A stretch of DNA of 64,000 nt from assembly GCA_024234955.1 (NCBI GenBank), contig JACKNK010000006.1, forward strand, positions 92,771 through 156,770, in the 5' to 3' direction. The notes under the pieces are model-generated. The model made no database searches. It had not been told where the DNA came from and worked only from the letters and a program-made list of their open reading frames with translations. The position numbers and the translations under genes are program-made. This DNA comes from Gammaproteobacteria bacterium (lineage in GTDB: Bacteria > Pseudomonadota > Gammaproteobacteria > JACKNK01). This document shows positions 1 through 11,830 of this stretch, piece after piece. Numbering within the stretch: the first letter of the stretch is position 1; the number at the start of each line of letters is the position of its first letter.

Positions 1-37
1 GGTGCAAACGGCGAACCGGAAATTGACGCGAGGCGCG

Positions 38-286
38 ATGATGACTGACTACAAGCCCATCCCCTGCATCGACTACAGCCTGCTGGAAGAAGCCATCGTG
101 CTGCGGCGTGCATTGCGCCTGGGCTGGCATGACGACGACGGCCAGGATCATGTCGAAACCGTCCAGCCCGCCGATCTGCGAACCCGCAATGGCGAAGAGT
201 TTTTGATCTTCCTGCGCAAGGACGGGGACCGACGGGAGGTTCGACTGGATCGAATTGTGGGTTTCGAGCCGGTCGCCGGTGCGTGA
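38..286 (+). CDS. rof: Rho-binding antiterminator Rof-like protein
   Basis: ORF 2..286. 'DYKPIPCIDYSLLEEA' and C-terminal 'REVRLDRIVGFEP' fit the Rof/YaeO pattern. ATG at 38 preferred over the window-edge GTG at 2. Confidence 0.55.
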   Translation: MMTDYKPIPCIDYSLLEEAIVLRRALRLGWHDDDGQDHVETVQPADLRTRNGEEFLIFLRKDGDRREVRLDRIVGFEPVAGA

Positions 287-318
287 CATCACGCGAAAAA
301 GGGCTTGACACACCAGGG

Positions 319-327
319 TTATTCACA
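319..327 (+). promoter_or_regulatory. DnaA-box-like 9-mer TTATTCACA
   Basis: One mismatch to the TTATCCACA consensus. Lies in a 490-nt gene-free gap. Confidence 0.3.
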
Positions 328-507
328 ATTCCGACCTGCCCCGCCCCCTTCCACCACAAACCCCTGAAACGCAGCACCGAAACCCCTTCAGTTGTTTCTA
401 ATAAACTTTAAATCGTTGTATTTACAACTATTTCTGTCTTTGTCTGTTTTTTGATCAATCAAACAGCAACGCCCGACCTGGAACGGTTTCCGGGTGCTGA
501 AAACAAG

Positions 508-528
508 TCATCCACAAAGTTATCCACA
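508..528 (+). promoter_or_regulatory. Tandem DnaA boxes (TCATCCACA aag TTATCCACA)
   Basis: Perfect consensus box at 520-528 and a one-mismatch box at 508-516 in the same orientation. Downstream of the AT-rich tract 391-465. Confidence 0.45.
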
Positions 529-645
529 GAACATGGGGAAAGCTGACGTTTTTCTTTACAGCCCGATGACTTAACACCACTTTGCGGGAATCCCTTGAAC
601 TTCCCTCCGCAAGTACGGCATATCGATACCGGATCACCTGCCCCC

Positions 646-674
646 TTGCACTCAGCGGTCACGATCCTTAGAAT
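646..674 (+). promoter_or_regulatory. sigma70-type promoter for rpmE
   Basis: TTGCAC (646-651), 17-nt spacer, TAGAAT (669-674). About 100 nt upstream of the rpmE ATG. Confidence 0.5.
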
Positions 675-773
675 GCCGCGCTCTTTGCCCCAGGTTCATC
701 GTTCCTGGCCCGGCATCACACCCGTTTTTTCGTGCCGCGATCACCGCGCACGAACCGATCGCGAGACATCGAG

Positions 774-983
774 ATGAAAGCCGACATCCATCCCTCGTAC
801 ACTGAAATCACTGTTACCTGCGCGTGCGGCAACAGCTTCCAGACCAAGTCCACGCTGGGTCACGATCTCCAGATCGAAGTGTGCTCTTCCTGCCACCCGT
901 TCTTTACCGGCAAGCAGAAGATCCTGGACACCGGTGGCCGCGTCGACAAGTTCCGCCGTCGCTTCAACCGTCCGGGCAAGTAA
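774..983 (+). CDS. rpmE: 50S ribosomal protein L31
   Basis: '[29 protein letters not shown]...[13 protein letters not shown]' is the L31 Zn-ribbon (CxxC...CxxC) signature. Start moved to the ATG at 774. Confidence 0.95.
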   Translation: MKADIHPSYTEITVTCACGNSFQTKSTLGHDLQIEVCSSCHPFFTGKQKILDTGGRVDKFRRRFNRPGK

Positions 984-1030
984 ACACACGCGTAACGCGA
1001 ACGGCTGACCCCGAACGCGCCGCGACAAAA

Positions 1031-1066
1031 AAGGCCGGGCCTCATCACGAGGCCCGGCCTTTTTGT
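1031..1066. terminator. Bidirectional intrinsic terminator
   Basis: GGCCGGGCC/GGCCCGGCC stem flanked by an A-run upstream and a T-run downstream. Sits between convergent rpmE and ORF 1150..2097. Confidence 0.7.
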
Positions 1067-1149
1067 TTGCAGGGCTCATGCGTTCCCCGTACAGATCGGC
1101 CAATCCGGCCCGGCCTAGTCCGAACCAGGCCGGGCCGGATCAGAGGACC

Positions 1150-2097
1150 TTACCAGCCCCAACCGTAACCGTATCCGGGGACGAAATACGGGCGACCATC
1201 CCAGACCGGGGCATAACCGAGGTACGGGTTCGGCTCGACCGGCGGCGCTGGATACGCCATCGCAGGCGGGACATCCAGCCAGTTCATGCGCGGCGCCATC
1301 GGTACCGATGGATTCATCGGACGGGCGTTACCACCCTGATCATGCATACCCGCCGCCCAGGCCGGACCCGGCGGCGGCACCATCGGCTCATCCATGTTCA
1401 CAGGCGGTGCAGATGGGGCGTGCGGGATGGGTGGATGTGCCGCCATCATCTCGGACATGTGTTGCTGCATCGCACGAATACGCTTTTCCGCTTCGGCGCG
1501 TGCCTTGGCATTGAATCCCATGGCCGCACCCATGTCTTCAGCGGCATTCGCGGCACTGTTCGCCGCCTCCGTGTTGACGGACTGGGCCACATCCGAGATC
1601 GGGGCCGGGGGGGCCGGGGGAGACGTCGGCGGCGCGGTGATCCCGGCCTGTGTTGACGCCACTTCCGGCAAGGCGGCGCTTTCTGCGTTCGCGGTGGTCT
1701 CGGTTGCAGCGGCCTGCGTCCCGGTCTCCACTGCAGGTTCGACAACCACTTCCGCAACCGCGACCTCAACGACGGTCACCGGAGCTTGTGCAACGACGTC
1801 GCTCGGGGCGGCATTGCCTTCCGTCGGTGCAGCGGCTTCGGGAGCCGCGCCGCCGGAAGCGTCCGTAGCGGCACCCTGTTCGACCACCGCCACGTCCGCC
1901 GTTGCGGTGTCTGCCACCGCTGCTTCGCTGGTGGCTGTCTCGGACTCTGGGGCACGCCCTGATTCATAGATAAAGATGCCCGCGATCGCGGCCAGTGACA
2001 GACCGACGACGAGCACGTAAGCACTCGCGCCCTGCTGACGTTGACGAAGATTGACGAGTGTCGGTCGCGGCAATTTGCCGATCGGAGAAACGGGCAT
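1150..2097 (-). CDS. Hypothetical membrane-anchored Ala/Pro-rich low-complexity protein
   Basis: N-terminal TM 'AYVLVVGLSLAAIAGIFIY', long A/E/T/V- and P-rich region, aromatic C-terminus 'GYGYGWGW'. No recognisable domain. Confidence 0.5.
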   Translation of the reverse strand: MPVSPIGKLPRPTLVNLRQRQQGASAYVLVVGLSLAAIAGIFIYESGRAPESETATSEAAVADTATADVAVVEQGAATDASGGAAPEAAAPTEGNAAPSDVVAQAPVTVVEVAVAEVVVEPAVETGTQAAATETTANAESAALPEVASTQAGITAPPTSPPAPPAPISDVAQSVNTEAANSAANAAEDMGAAMGFNAKARAEAEKRIRAMQQHMSEMMAAHPPIPHAPSAPPVNMDEPMVPPPGPAWAAGMHDQGGNARPMNPSVPMAPRMNWLDVPPAMAYPAPPVEPNPYLGYAPVWDGRPYFVPGYGYGWGW

Positions 2098-2270
2098 CTG
2101 GGCATACCTCTTGAAATGAATGAAGCGGGCGGGAGAGCAAGCGCGGACGGGCTTGTTTGCGACAGACTAGCACAGATATTCAAGCCTTCCGTTGAGCATT
2201 CGGGGCGGCCCATGCAGCGCGCCGAAACCCATCACGCAGGCGGCAGTATCGGCTGATAAACTCGCCCGTC

Positions 2271-4439
2271 ATGGACCCCGCCCACCTGCTCGAATCCCTC
2301 AACGACCCCCAGCGCGAGGCGGTCACCGTACCTTCCGGACATTGCCTGGTACTGGCTGGCGCCGGCAGCGGCAAGACCCGCGTGCTCGCACATCGCATCG
2401 CGTGGCTGATGCGTGTCGAAGGCGTGTCGCCATACGGCATCCTCGCGGTCACGTTTACCAACAAGGCGGCGAAAGAGATGCGCGGTCGGATCGAGCAGTT
2501 GATCGACATGCCCGCAGGGGGCATGTGGGTCGGCACCTTCCACGGTATTGCGCATCGTCTGCTGCGCTTGCATTGGCAAGATGTCGGCCTGCCGCGCACC
2601 TTCCAGATTCTCGATTCCGACGACCAGCTACGCCTGCTCAAACGCATCATCCGTGGGCTGGAACTCGATGAGGCCAAGTGGCCGGCCAAGCAGGCGATGT
2701 GGTTCATCAACGCCCGCAAGGATGAAGGCCAGCGCCCGCAACATCTGGAAGACCACGACGACCCGGTTATCCGACAATTGATTCGCATCTACGCTACTTA
2801 CGAAGAGGCCTGCCAGCGTTCCGGACTGGTCGATTTCGCCGAGCTTCTATTGCGCACCCACGAGTTGCTGCGCGACCGCCCGGATGTGCTGCGGCATTAT
2901 CAACACCGCTTTCGCTACGTGCTGGTCGACGAGTTTCAGGATACCAATGCGCTGCAATACGCCTGGATTCGCCTGCTCACCGGCACTCAGTCGCGCTTGT
3001 TCGTGGTCGGCGACGACGACCAGTCCATTTACGGCTGGCGCGGGGCGCGCATCGAAAACATCCTCGCCATCGATCAGGACTTCCCCGGCACCCGCACCAT
3101 CCGTCTCGAACAGAATTACCGTTCCACGGTCGCCATCCTGAAGGCCGCCAACGCCCTGATCAGCCACAACGAAGGTCGGCTCGGCAAGGAGTTGTGGACC
3201 GCCGGTGAGGACGGCGAACCGCTCAAGCTCTACTCCGCTTTCAACGATTTCGAAGAGGCCCGCTTCATCGTCGATCGCATTCAGCATTGGTGCGAGTCCG
3301 GTCATGCCCGTTCCGAATGCGCAATCCTGTATCGATCGAACGCACAATCGCGCCTGCTCGAACAGGCACTCAATCAGCAGGCCGTTCCCTATCGCGTTTA
3401 TGGCGGATTGCGCTTCTTCGAACGCATGGAGGTCAAGGACGCGCTCGCCTACCTGCGTCTGTGCAGCAATCGTTTCGACGATCCCTCGTTCGAGCGCGTC
3501 ATCAACACCCCGCCACGCGGCATCGGTCAGCGCAGTCTGGACGTGATCCGCGACAACGCACGCGCCTTTGGCACTTCACTGTGGCAGGGCGCGCAGCGGG
3601 TGGTGGATGAAGGCCAGTTGCCGGCGCGCGGCAGCAATGCCATCGCCCAGTTCCTGCACCTGATCGATCAGCTCGCGCGTGCCCTGGACGGTGCCGAACT
3701 CTGGGAACAGGTCGAGCATGTGGTCGCCCATTCCGGACTGATCGAACATTTCAAGAAGGAAAAAGGCGGGCGCGGCGAAGACCGCATCGAGAACCTGGAA
3801 GAACTGATCAACGCGGCCCGTGGCTTCGAACCGCCGGTCGCCGAGGACGGCGACAGCCCGGACATGGCGCCCATCGATGCCTTCCTCGCTCACGCCGCCC
3901 TCGAAGCCGGCGAGGGCCAGGCAGACGCCTGGGCCGATTCCGTGCAACTCATGACTCTGCATTCCGCCAAGGGGTTGGAATTCCCGCTGGTGTTCATCGC
4001 CGGCATGGAGGAAGGTCTGTTCCCGCACCAGATGTCGCTGGAAGAACCGGGGCGGCTCGAAGAAGAGCGCCGCCTCGCCTATGTCGGCATCACCCGCGCC
4101 GAACAGGAACTGTATTTCACCATGGCGGAAACCCGCCGCCTGCATGGCCGGGAGATGTATCCGCAACCGTCCCGCTTCCTCAGCGAGATTCCCGCCGAGC
4201 TCCTGCACGAAATCCGTCCTAAAGCCGGCATTTCGCAGCCCGTGTATCGCAGCCCCATGCCGGAACCCGCCCAGGGCACCGGCCTGCGGCTTGGCCAGCG
4301 CGTCACCCACGCCAAGTTCGGCGAAGGCATGATCATGAATGCCGAGGGGCAGGGAGCGCAGGCGCGCGTGCAGGTCAATTTCGCCGATGCCGGTCCGAAA
4401 TGGCTGGTGGTCGCCTACGCAAATCTTCAACCCCTCTGA
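2271..4439 (+). CDS. uvrD: DNA helicase II (UvrD)
   Basis: 'LNDPQREAV', Walker A '[11 protein letters not shown]', 'VDEFQDTN', 'LEQNYRS', '[12 protein letters not shown]', '[11 protein letters not shown]'. Confidence 0.95.
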   Translation: MDPAHLLESLNDPQREAVTVPSGHCLVLAGAGSGKTRVLAHRIAWLMRVEGVSPYGILAVTFTNKAAKEMRGRIEQLIDMPAGGMWVGTFHGIAHRLLRLHWQDVGLPRTFQILDSDDQLRLLKRIIRGLELDEAKWPAKQAMWFINARKDEGQRPQHLEDHDDPVIRQLIRIYATYEEACQRSGLVDFAELLLRTHELLRDRPDVLRHYQHRFRYVLVDEFQDTNALQYAWIRLLTGTQSRLFVVGDDDQSIYGWRGARIENILAIDQDFPGTRTIRLEQNYRSTVAILKAANALISHNEGRLGKELWTAGEDGEPLKLYSAFNDFEEARFIVDRIQHWCESGHARSECAILYRSNAQSRLLEQALNQQAVPYRVYGGLRFFERMEVKDALAYLRLCSNRFDDPSFERVINTPPRGIGQRSLDVIRDNARAFGTSLWQGAQRVVDEGQLPARGSNAIAQFLHLIDQLARALDGAELWEQVEHVVAHSGLIEHFKKEKGGRGEDRIENLEELINAARGFEPPVAEDGDSPDMAPIDAFLAHAALEAGEGQADAWADSVQLMTLHSAKGLEFPLVFIAGMEEGLFPHQMSLEEPGRLEEERRLAYVGITRAEQELYFTMAETRRLHGREMYPQPSRFLSEIPAELLHEIRPKAGISQPVYRSPMPEPAQGTGLRLGQRVTHAKFGEGMIMNAEGQGAQARVQVNFADAGPKWLVVAYANLQPL

Positions 4440-4456
4440 ATCCGGAAACAGCGCCC

Positions 4457-4795
4457 ATGAGCGATCTGCCCAACTGCCCGAAATGTGACTCCGCCTACAC
4501 CTACGAAGACAGCGCCATGCTGGTTTGCCCGGAATGTGGCCACGAATGGAGCGCCAGCGAATCGGGCGCGGCAGAGGATGGCCTGGTGGTGCATGACGCA
4601 AACGGCAACCGGCTCGCCGATGGCGACACGGTCACGGTGATCAAGGACCTGAAGGTCAAAGGCTCCTCCTCCGTGGTCAAGGTCGGCACCAAGGTGAAGA
4701 ACATCCGCCTGGTGGAAGGCGATCACGACATCGATTGCAAGATCGACGGCATCGGCGCGATGAAACTCAAATCGGAATTCGTTAAAAAGGCCTGA
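4457..4795 (+). CDS. yjdM: Zinc-ribbon protein YjdM/PhnA family
   Basis: '[25 protein letters not shown]' zinc ribbon plus C-terminal '[23 protein letters not shown]...[20 protein letters not shown]'. Confidence 0.85.
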   Translation: MSDLPNCPKCDSAYTYEDSAMLVCPECGHEWSASESGAAEDGLVVHDANGNRLADGDTVTVIKDLKVKGSSSVVKVGTKVKNIRLVEGDHDIDCKIDGIGAMKLKSEFVKKA

Positions 4796-4832
4796 GCTTC
4801 CGGCCTGCCCCCCCCCCCAAAGCCATTCGATT

Positions 4833-5762
4833 TCAGGATTTTCGGGACTTGTGCGCTCTCGGATGCGCCTTGTCGTAAACCTCCGCAAGGTGCTGAAAAT
4901 CGAGGTGGGTGTATATCTGCGTGGTACTGATGTTGGCGTGACCCAACAGTTCCTGAACGGCGCGCAGATCGCCGCTGGACTCGAGCATGTGGGTCGCAAA
5001 CGAATGCCGTAGCGCGTGCGGATGCAAAGGCCCATCCACCCCCTGACGGATGCCCAGCTCACGCAGCCGTTTCTGCACCCCGCCGTTACCCAGCCGGCGC
5101 CCGCGATGATTCACGAACAAAGCCTTCTCGTCCAGTTTGGCGAGTCCTGCTCGCACCGTCAGCCAACGCTGGATGGCGGAAACCGCCTGTCGCCCCACTG
5201 GCAATACGCGAGTCTTGTTGCCTTTGCCGGTCACGGTCACGGTGGCGTCGCGCAGATCGATGTCTTGCAGATCGAGACCGGTCAGCTCAGACAGACGTAG
5301 ACCGGACGAATACATGAGCTCAAGCAAGGCCCGGTCGCGGATGACCAGCGGCTCGCTGCTGTCCACATCGAGCAGGCGCCCGACTTGATCGACATCCATC
5401 ACATGCGGCAGGGATCGACGCAGCTTCGGCGCAGAAACATCCTGGGCCGGGTTGTTGATGAGCACCCCCTCGCGGAGCAAATAGCCGAAGAACGTCCGCA
5501 AGGTGGAGAGAAAACGCTGAATGCTGCGCGGGGCCGCACCCGCACGATGCCGCGCCCCGGCCAGTGCGCGTATGTGCTGGGCGTCGATCTGTGACCAATC
5601 GCCAAGCCCGGCCTGATTCAGGAATTGGGCGAGGTAATCCAGGTCGCGCAGGTACGCCGCAACGGTATGCGGAGACAGGCGACGTTCGTCGCCCAGATGC
5701 GCGGCGAAACGGGTCCGCCAGAGATCGAAATCGAGACTCACTCGGGCTGCGTGGCGACCCAC
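4833..5762 (-). CDS. xerC: Tyrosine recombinase XerC
   Basis: Phage-integrase fold with 'LSPHTVAAYLRDL', 'ELMYSSGLRLSEL', 'HALRHSFATHML', 'LLGHANISTTQIYTH'. Conserved dapF-DUF484-xerC order. Confidence 0.85.
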   Translation of the reverse strand: MGRHAARVSLDFDLWRTRFAAHLGDERRLSPHTVAAYLRDLDYLAQFLNQAGLGDWSQIDAQHIRALAGARHRAGAAPRSIQRFLSTLRTFFGYLLREGVLINNPAQDVSAPKLRRSLPHVMDVDQVGRLLDVDSSEPLVIRDRALLELMYSSGLRLSELTGLDLQDIDLRDATVTVTGKGNKTRVLPVGRQAVSAIQRWLTVRAGLAKLDEKALFVNHRGRRLGNGGVQKRLRELGIRQGVDGPLHPHALRHSFATHMLESSGDLRAVQELLGHANISTTQIYTHLDFQHLAEVYDKAHPRAHKSRKS

Positions 5763-6448
5763 AACGCCTGACCGACGGTCTCGCCGAGCTGACGCAGGAA
5801 ATCGGTGCCCAGATGGGCCTGGAAACGCGCCGGATCATGGCTGCCTATCGCCAGGATGCCGACACTGCCATCGACCCCCAACGGGGTCAGCGCCGCCGAC
5901 TGGACCTCCGCCGCCTGATCACCGAACAGCAATTCGAGCTGCCCTCTCTGCAATCGCCCGCAGAGCGGCGAACGCGCCTTCAGGAAGCTGCCGAAATGAC
6001 GCTGGAAATCCAGATGTTCACGATCGGCCCGATTCGCCTCGGGAATCAGCCTGGCGTCGCCGAACAGCTTCAGGCCAAGGACATCGCCGCCCAGTTTGCC
6101 GACATGGGTCTGGATCGCCGCGATGCGGGCTGCCAGCGACGTGGCGGGAAACAGACTCAGACACAGTTCATGCAGGCGGGCATGGAGTTGTTCGTTGTAG
6201 CGGGCCGCGTCGAGCTGCTCGTCGATCCGCGCCTGAAGCGCCGCATTGCGTTCACGCAGCACCCGGGTCTGTCGCTCGATCAGGGAAACAGCGCCACCCG
6301 CGACCGGGTGACTGAGATCGAGACGTTCCAGCAGCGCGGGATGATCGTGCAGGAAGCCGGGGTTGGCCCCGAGAAACTCGACAACCTGGGCCGTATCGAG
6401 CGGGGTCGAATCCGGTTCGATCTTGGCGTTCTTGGGCGCTTTGCTCAT
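5738..6448 (-). CDS. DUF484 (YigA) family protein
   Basis: '[22 protein letters not shown]...[17 protein letters not shown]' N-terminus typical of YigA. Sits between dapF and xerC. Confidence 0.75.
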   Translation of the reverse strand: MSKAPKNAKIEPDSTPLDTAQVVEFLGANPGFLHDHPALLERLDLSHPVAGGAVSLIERQTRVLRERNAALQARIDEQLDAARYNEQLHARLHELCLSLFPATSLAARIAAIQTHVGKLGGDVLGLKLFGDARLIPEANRADREHLDFQRHFGSFLKARSPLCGRLQRGQLELLFGDQAAEVQSAALTPLGVDGSVGILAIGSHDPARFQAHLGTDFLRQLGETVGQALWVATQPE

Positions 6449-7293
6449 GATTGGATTTCCCCCTCGAATACGGTCTCGGCTGGGCCTGTCATCAGCACCG
6501 ATGCGTCATCGCGTGCGCCGTGGCCGTCACCGGGCCAGCGTATCACAAGGCGACCTCCCGGCAGGTCAACGCGCACCGCTTCAGCCAGCCAGCCTTGAAC
6601 CCGTCCCGCCACCATCGCGGCGCAGGCGCCGGTCCCGCAGGCCAACGTTTCTCCGGCGCCACGCTCGAATACCCGCAGGCGGATGTGATCCGGGGCCATC
6701 ACCTGCATGAAACCGGCGTTCACCCGACGCGGGAATCGGGGGTGATTTTCGATCAGCGGACCCAGTCGCTCGACCGGTACGGTATCGACGTTTTCGACCC
6801 GCAACACCGCATGCGGATTGCCCATGGAAACGGCAGCGATAGCCAATGTCTCACCGGCAACCTCCAGCGGGTATAGATCCGCGCGCGCATCTGCCTGGAA
6901 CGGGATGTCCGCCGGTTCCAGCCACGGTCGTCCCATGTCCACTTCGACCTGACCGTCGGCGAGCAGACGCGGACGGATCAGGCCGGCGGCGGTGTTGACC
7001 AGGATCTCATCCTTGTCGGTAAACCCGTGATCGCGGACGAAACGGGCGAAACACCGAGCACCGTTGCCGCATTGCTCCACTTCGCCACCGTCGGCGTTGA
7101 AGATGCGATAACGGAAATCTGCATCGGGATGATCGCTGGGATCGACCAGGAGAAGCTGATCGCAACCGATGCCAAATCGACGATCCGCGAGATGACGGAC
7201 CAGGGCGGTATCGACATCGACCTGTTGGGTGAGGCGCTCGATGACTACAAAGTCATTGCCCAGGCCGTGCATTTTGGTAAAGCGCAGAGTCAT
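6445..7293 (-). CDS. dapF: Diaminopimelate epimerase
   Basis: '[14 protein letters not shown]', '[13 protein letters not shown]', '[11 protein letters not shown]' (two catalytic Cys motifs). Start at ATG 7293 overlaps the upstream stop (ATGA). Confidence 0.9.
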   Translation of the reverse strand: MTLRFTKMHGLGNDFVVIERLTQQVDVDTALVRHLADRRFGIGCDQLLLVDPSDHPDADFRYRIFNADGGEVEQCGNGARCFARFVRDHGFTDKDEILVNTAAGLIRPRLLADGQVEVDMGRPWLEPADIPFQADARADLYPLEVAGETLAIAAVSMGNPHAVLRVENVDTVPVERLGPLIENHPRFPRRVNAGFMQVMAPDHIRLRVFERGAGETLACGTGACAAMVAGRVQGWLAEAVRVDLPGGRLVIRWPGDGHGARDDASVLMTGPAETVFEGEIQS

Positions 7294-7730
7294 TGGTCGC
7301 GGCGTTCCCGAATATTGAGCCTGTTGTAGTCCACCGCGATGCAGCGGTCCATGACCACGAAAATGCCCGCTTCGGTGGCGCGTTCGGCCTGTTCGTGATC
7401 GACCACGCCGATCTGCATCCAGATCGCCGGCACCTGCAAGGCGATGCACTGATCGATCAGCATCGGCAGACGACCGGGATTGAGGAAGACATTGACCAGA
7501 TCGATCCGATCCGGGACGTCATCAAGCTTGCTATAGGCCGTTTCACCGAGCACCGCGCCGACACCGGGGCGGACCGGAATGATTCGGTAACCCGCGCGCT
7601 GCATGTCTTCTGCGACGAAATGGCTGGGCCGCCCCGGCTTCGGTGACAGACCGACCACGGCAATATTCCCGACACGCGCCAGCAGTGCACGAATTTCCGC
7701 CTCAGGCGGATTCACGAAGCGCGCACTCAT
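7290..7730 (-). CDS. CoA-binding domain protein (YccU-like)
   Basis: '[33 protein letters not shown]...VDLVNVF' is the CoA-binding Rossmann pattern. Confidence 0.75.
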   Translation of the reverse strand: MSARFVNPPEAEIRALLARVGNIAVVGLSPKPGRPSHFVAEDMQRAGYRIIPVRPGVGAVLGETAYSKLDDVPDRIDLVNVFLNPGRLPMLIDQCIALQVPAIWMQIGVVDHEQAERATEAGIFVVMDRCIAVDYNRLNIRERRDQ

Positions 7731-8386
7731 GCGACCCGTCCGTAGACGATGAAATGCCGATCGCTGATGATCTCGACCCGCAATACACCCAGGCCCGCAG
7801 CGCGCAACTGCGCTTCCACCTCATCCTCTCGATATGCGGCACGCAAGGAATGGTAGAAATCGTGGCGTAATACGTCCGGTTCGTTCGCCGCATGGGTATC
7901 CACCAGCGCCCGCGCCGCTTCCGGCGAATCCGGGCGCAACAGGTCCATGACAAACACCTGAGTGCCGTGATGGGCATGCTCAGCCACGGTGTTCCAGAGC
8001 GTCATCGGGTCGTTGAGGTGGTGCAGTAGGCTGTTGCTGATGATGGCGGCATACGCCTCATGCGGCAGCGGGGTGTGCGGCAGATGCGCAATCTGCAGCT
8101 CGATGCGATCCGAGAGCCCGGCACGATGGCAGGCATGCCGGCCCAACTGCAGCATCTGCTCGGCGGCGTCGATACCGAGCACCGTGCAGTCGGGATGGGC
8201 TCGTGCAAAACGCAGGGTGACATCGGCAGGGCCGCAGCCGAGGTCCAGGACCTGACCCCGGGTCTCGGGGAAATGTTCCCGATATGTCGCCACGAAAGCA
8301 TCGTGCGGCTCGCTGAAATCCGCCTCGGCGTAGGCCTGCGCCTGCGCCGGGTCGTTCATCAGTTCCGGCTCAGGAATGCGCTGCAT
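7727..8386 (-). CDS. Class I SAM-dependent methyltransferase
   Basis: Motif I 'VLDLGCGPADVT'. 4-nt overlap with the downstream gene. Confidence 0.7.
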   Translation of the reverse strand: MQRIPEPELMNDPAQAQAYAEADFSEPHDAFVATYREHFPETRGQVLDLGCGPADVTLRFARAHPDCTVLGIDAAEQMLQLGRHACHRAGLSDRIELQIAHLPHTPLPHEAYAAIISNSLLHHLNDPMTLWNTVAEHAHHGTQVFVMDLLRPDSPEAARALVDTHAANEPDVLRHDFYHSLRAAYREDEVEAQLRAAGLGVLRVEIISDRHFIVYGRVA

Positions 8387-8388
8387 GG

Positions 8389-9633
8389 TCAGTCCGGCAG
8401 GTGTTCACCGGCCATCAACTGGTCGAGGGTCTCGCGCTCCCGCAAAAGATGCAGGCGTTCGCCATCGGCCATGACTTCGGCAGCACGGGGGCGGGTGTTG
8501 TAATTCGAGCTCATGGAGAAACCGTAGGCCCCGGACGAGCGCACCGCCAGCAGATCGCCCGCATCGATGGTCAGCGTCCGATCCTTACCGAGGAAATCCC
8601 CGGTCTCGCAGATCGGCCCCACGATGTCGTACTGGCGTGCCTCGCCCTGATGCGGCTTTACCGCCTCGATCGCCTGCCAGGCCGAGTACAGCGAGGGGCG
8701 CAGCAGATCGTTCATCGCGGCATCGACGACCGCGAAGTTCTTGTGCCCGGTAAGCTTCAGATATTCGACCCGGGTGACCAGGATGCCGGCGTTACCGACG
8801 ATGGCTCGACCCGGCTCGATCAGAATTTCCAAATCCCGATCGCCCAGTACCTCGGCCAATGCCTGCGCGTAGGCCGCAGGTTCGGGCGGCTGTTCGTCCC
8901 GATACTGGATTCCCAGCCCACCCCCCAGATCGAGATGTCGGATCGCGATGCCGCGTGCAGACAGCCGATCCAGCAAGGCAAGGACGCGATGCAGGGCATC
9001 GACAAACGGGGCGACTCGCGTCAACTGCGAACCGATATGGCAGTCCACGCCATGAATCTCGATATTCGGCATGGCCGCCGCCTGGACATAGACCGACTCG
9101 GCGGCATCAATGTCGATTCCGAACTTGTTCTCTTTGAGTCCGGTGGAAATGTACGGGTGCGTCTGCGCATCCACGTCCGGGTTCACCCGCAGGGAGACCG
9201 GAGCACGTTTGCCGAGCGCGCCGGCAACCTGGTTCAGACGATCCAGCTCCGGTAGCGATTCGACGTTGAAGCAGCGGATGCCGACTTCCAGGGCACGGCG
9301 CATCTCGGCGGCAGTCTTGCCGACGCCGGAGAACACTACCCTGGCGGGGTCGCCCCCGGCGCGCAGCACGCGCTCCAGCTCCCCCACCGACACGATATCG
9401 AAACCCGAACCGAGCCGGGCAAGCACGTTCAGCAGGCCGATGTTGGAATTCGCCTTGACCGCATAACAGACCAGATGCGGGCGCCCGGCAAGGGCGCTAT
9501 CGAACGCCCGCCAATGACGCTCAAGCGTGGCGCGGGAATAGAGATAGAGTGGTGTGCCGAACTGTTCGACCGCAGAACGCACGGCAACGTCCTCGGCGAA
9601 CAGTTCGCCGTCGCGGTACTCGAAATGATTCAT
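8389..9633 (-). CDS. lysA: Diaminopimelate decarboxylase
   Basis: 'YAVKANSN', 'HIGSQ', 'LDLGGGLGI', 'GPICETGDFL', 'SSGAYGFSMSSNYN'. Confidence 0.95.
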   Translation of the reverse strand: MNHFEYRDGELFAEDVAVRSAVEQFGTPLYLYSRATLERHWRAFDSALAGRPHLVCYAVKANSNIGLLNVLARLGSGFDIVSVGELERVLRAGGDPARVVFSGVGKTAAEMRRALEVGIRCFNVESLPELDRLNQVAGALGKRAPVSLRVNPDVDAQTHPYISTGLKENKFGIDIDAAESVYVQAAAMPNIEIHGVDCHIGSQLTRVAPFVDALHRVLALLDRLSARGIAIRHLDLGGGLGIQYRDEQPPEPAAYAQALAEVLGDRDLEILIEPGRAIVGNAGILVTRVEYLKLTGHKNFAVVDAAMNDLLRPSLYSAWQAIEAVKPHQGEARQYDIVGPICETGDFLGKDRTLTIDAGDLLAVRSSGAYGFSMSSNYNTRPRAAEVMADGERLHLLRERETLDQLMAGEHLPD

Positions 9634-9647
9634 CGGAAGATGCCGTT

Positions 9648-9848
9648 TTATGGCTTGGCAGACGTGTCTGCAGAGGATTCCGTCGGTTCGTTGGCAGCGG
9701 CTTCAGCGGCGGCTTTGGCCTGCGCCGCGATCACGTCGGCCTCATGAGCCTTGATGACCTCATCCGGGAGATACAAGGGCCCTTTCTGGCCGCAGGCACC
9801 GAGCCCAAGAGCAACGAGTATCAGGAACAACGGGAACATAAGGCGCAT
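9648..9848 (-). CDS. lptM: LPS translocon maturation lipoprotein LptM (YifL)
   Basis: Lipobox plus signature 'LGLGACGQKGPLYLP'. Directly upstream of lysA, as is typical. Confidence 0.75.
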   Translation of the reverse strand: MRLMFPLFLILVALGLGACGQKGPLYLPDEVIKAHEADVIAAQAKAAAEAAANEPTESSADTSAKP

Positions 9849-9910
9849 GGGGAATACCGACGGGCTACGCTTGCAGGGTTGCGAGTGTACAACACGTTAT
9901 TGAGCTTCCC

Positions 9911-11826
<1,916 letters not shown>

Positions 11827-11830
<4 letters not shown>

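Noticed and set aside
287-773. Calling this gap the chromosomal origin (oriC).
   Set aside because: Only three boxes are visible and no dnaA, dnaN, gidA or rpmH context is present. There is no obvious 13-mer array or GATC clustering. Reported only as a DnaA-box cluster.
4833-5762. XerC as the integrase of the downstream island.
   Set aside because: It sits in the conserved housekeeping dapF-DUF484-xerC context, 27 kb from the island, with the canonical Xer sequence pattern.
6445-7449. 334-aa extended DapF, and similar 5'-extended ORF-track models (soxY 13254, yggS 15059, OmpA 24515, FHA-FGE 50471, ComAB 35102, hemE 61955, dctQ 53655, pagL 56708).
   Set aside because: The extensions are Arg/Pro/Gly-rich, overlap upstream genes, and precede internal ATGs that restore canonical N-termini, signal peptides or RBS spacing.
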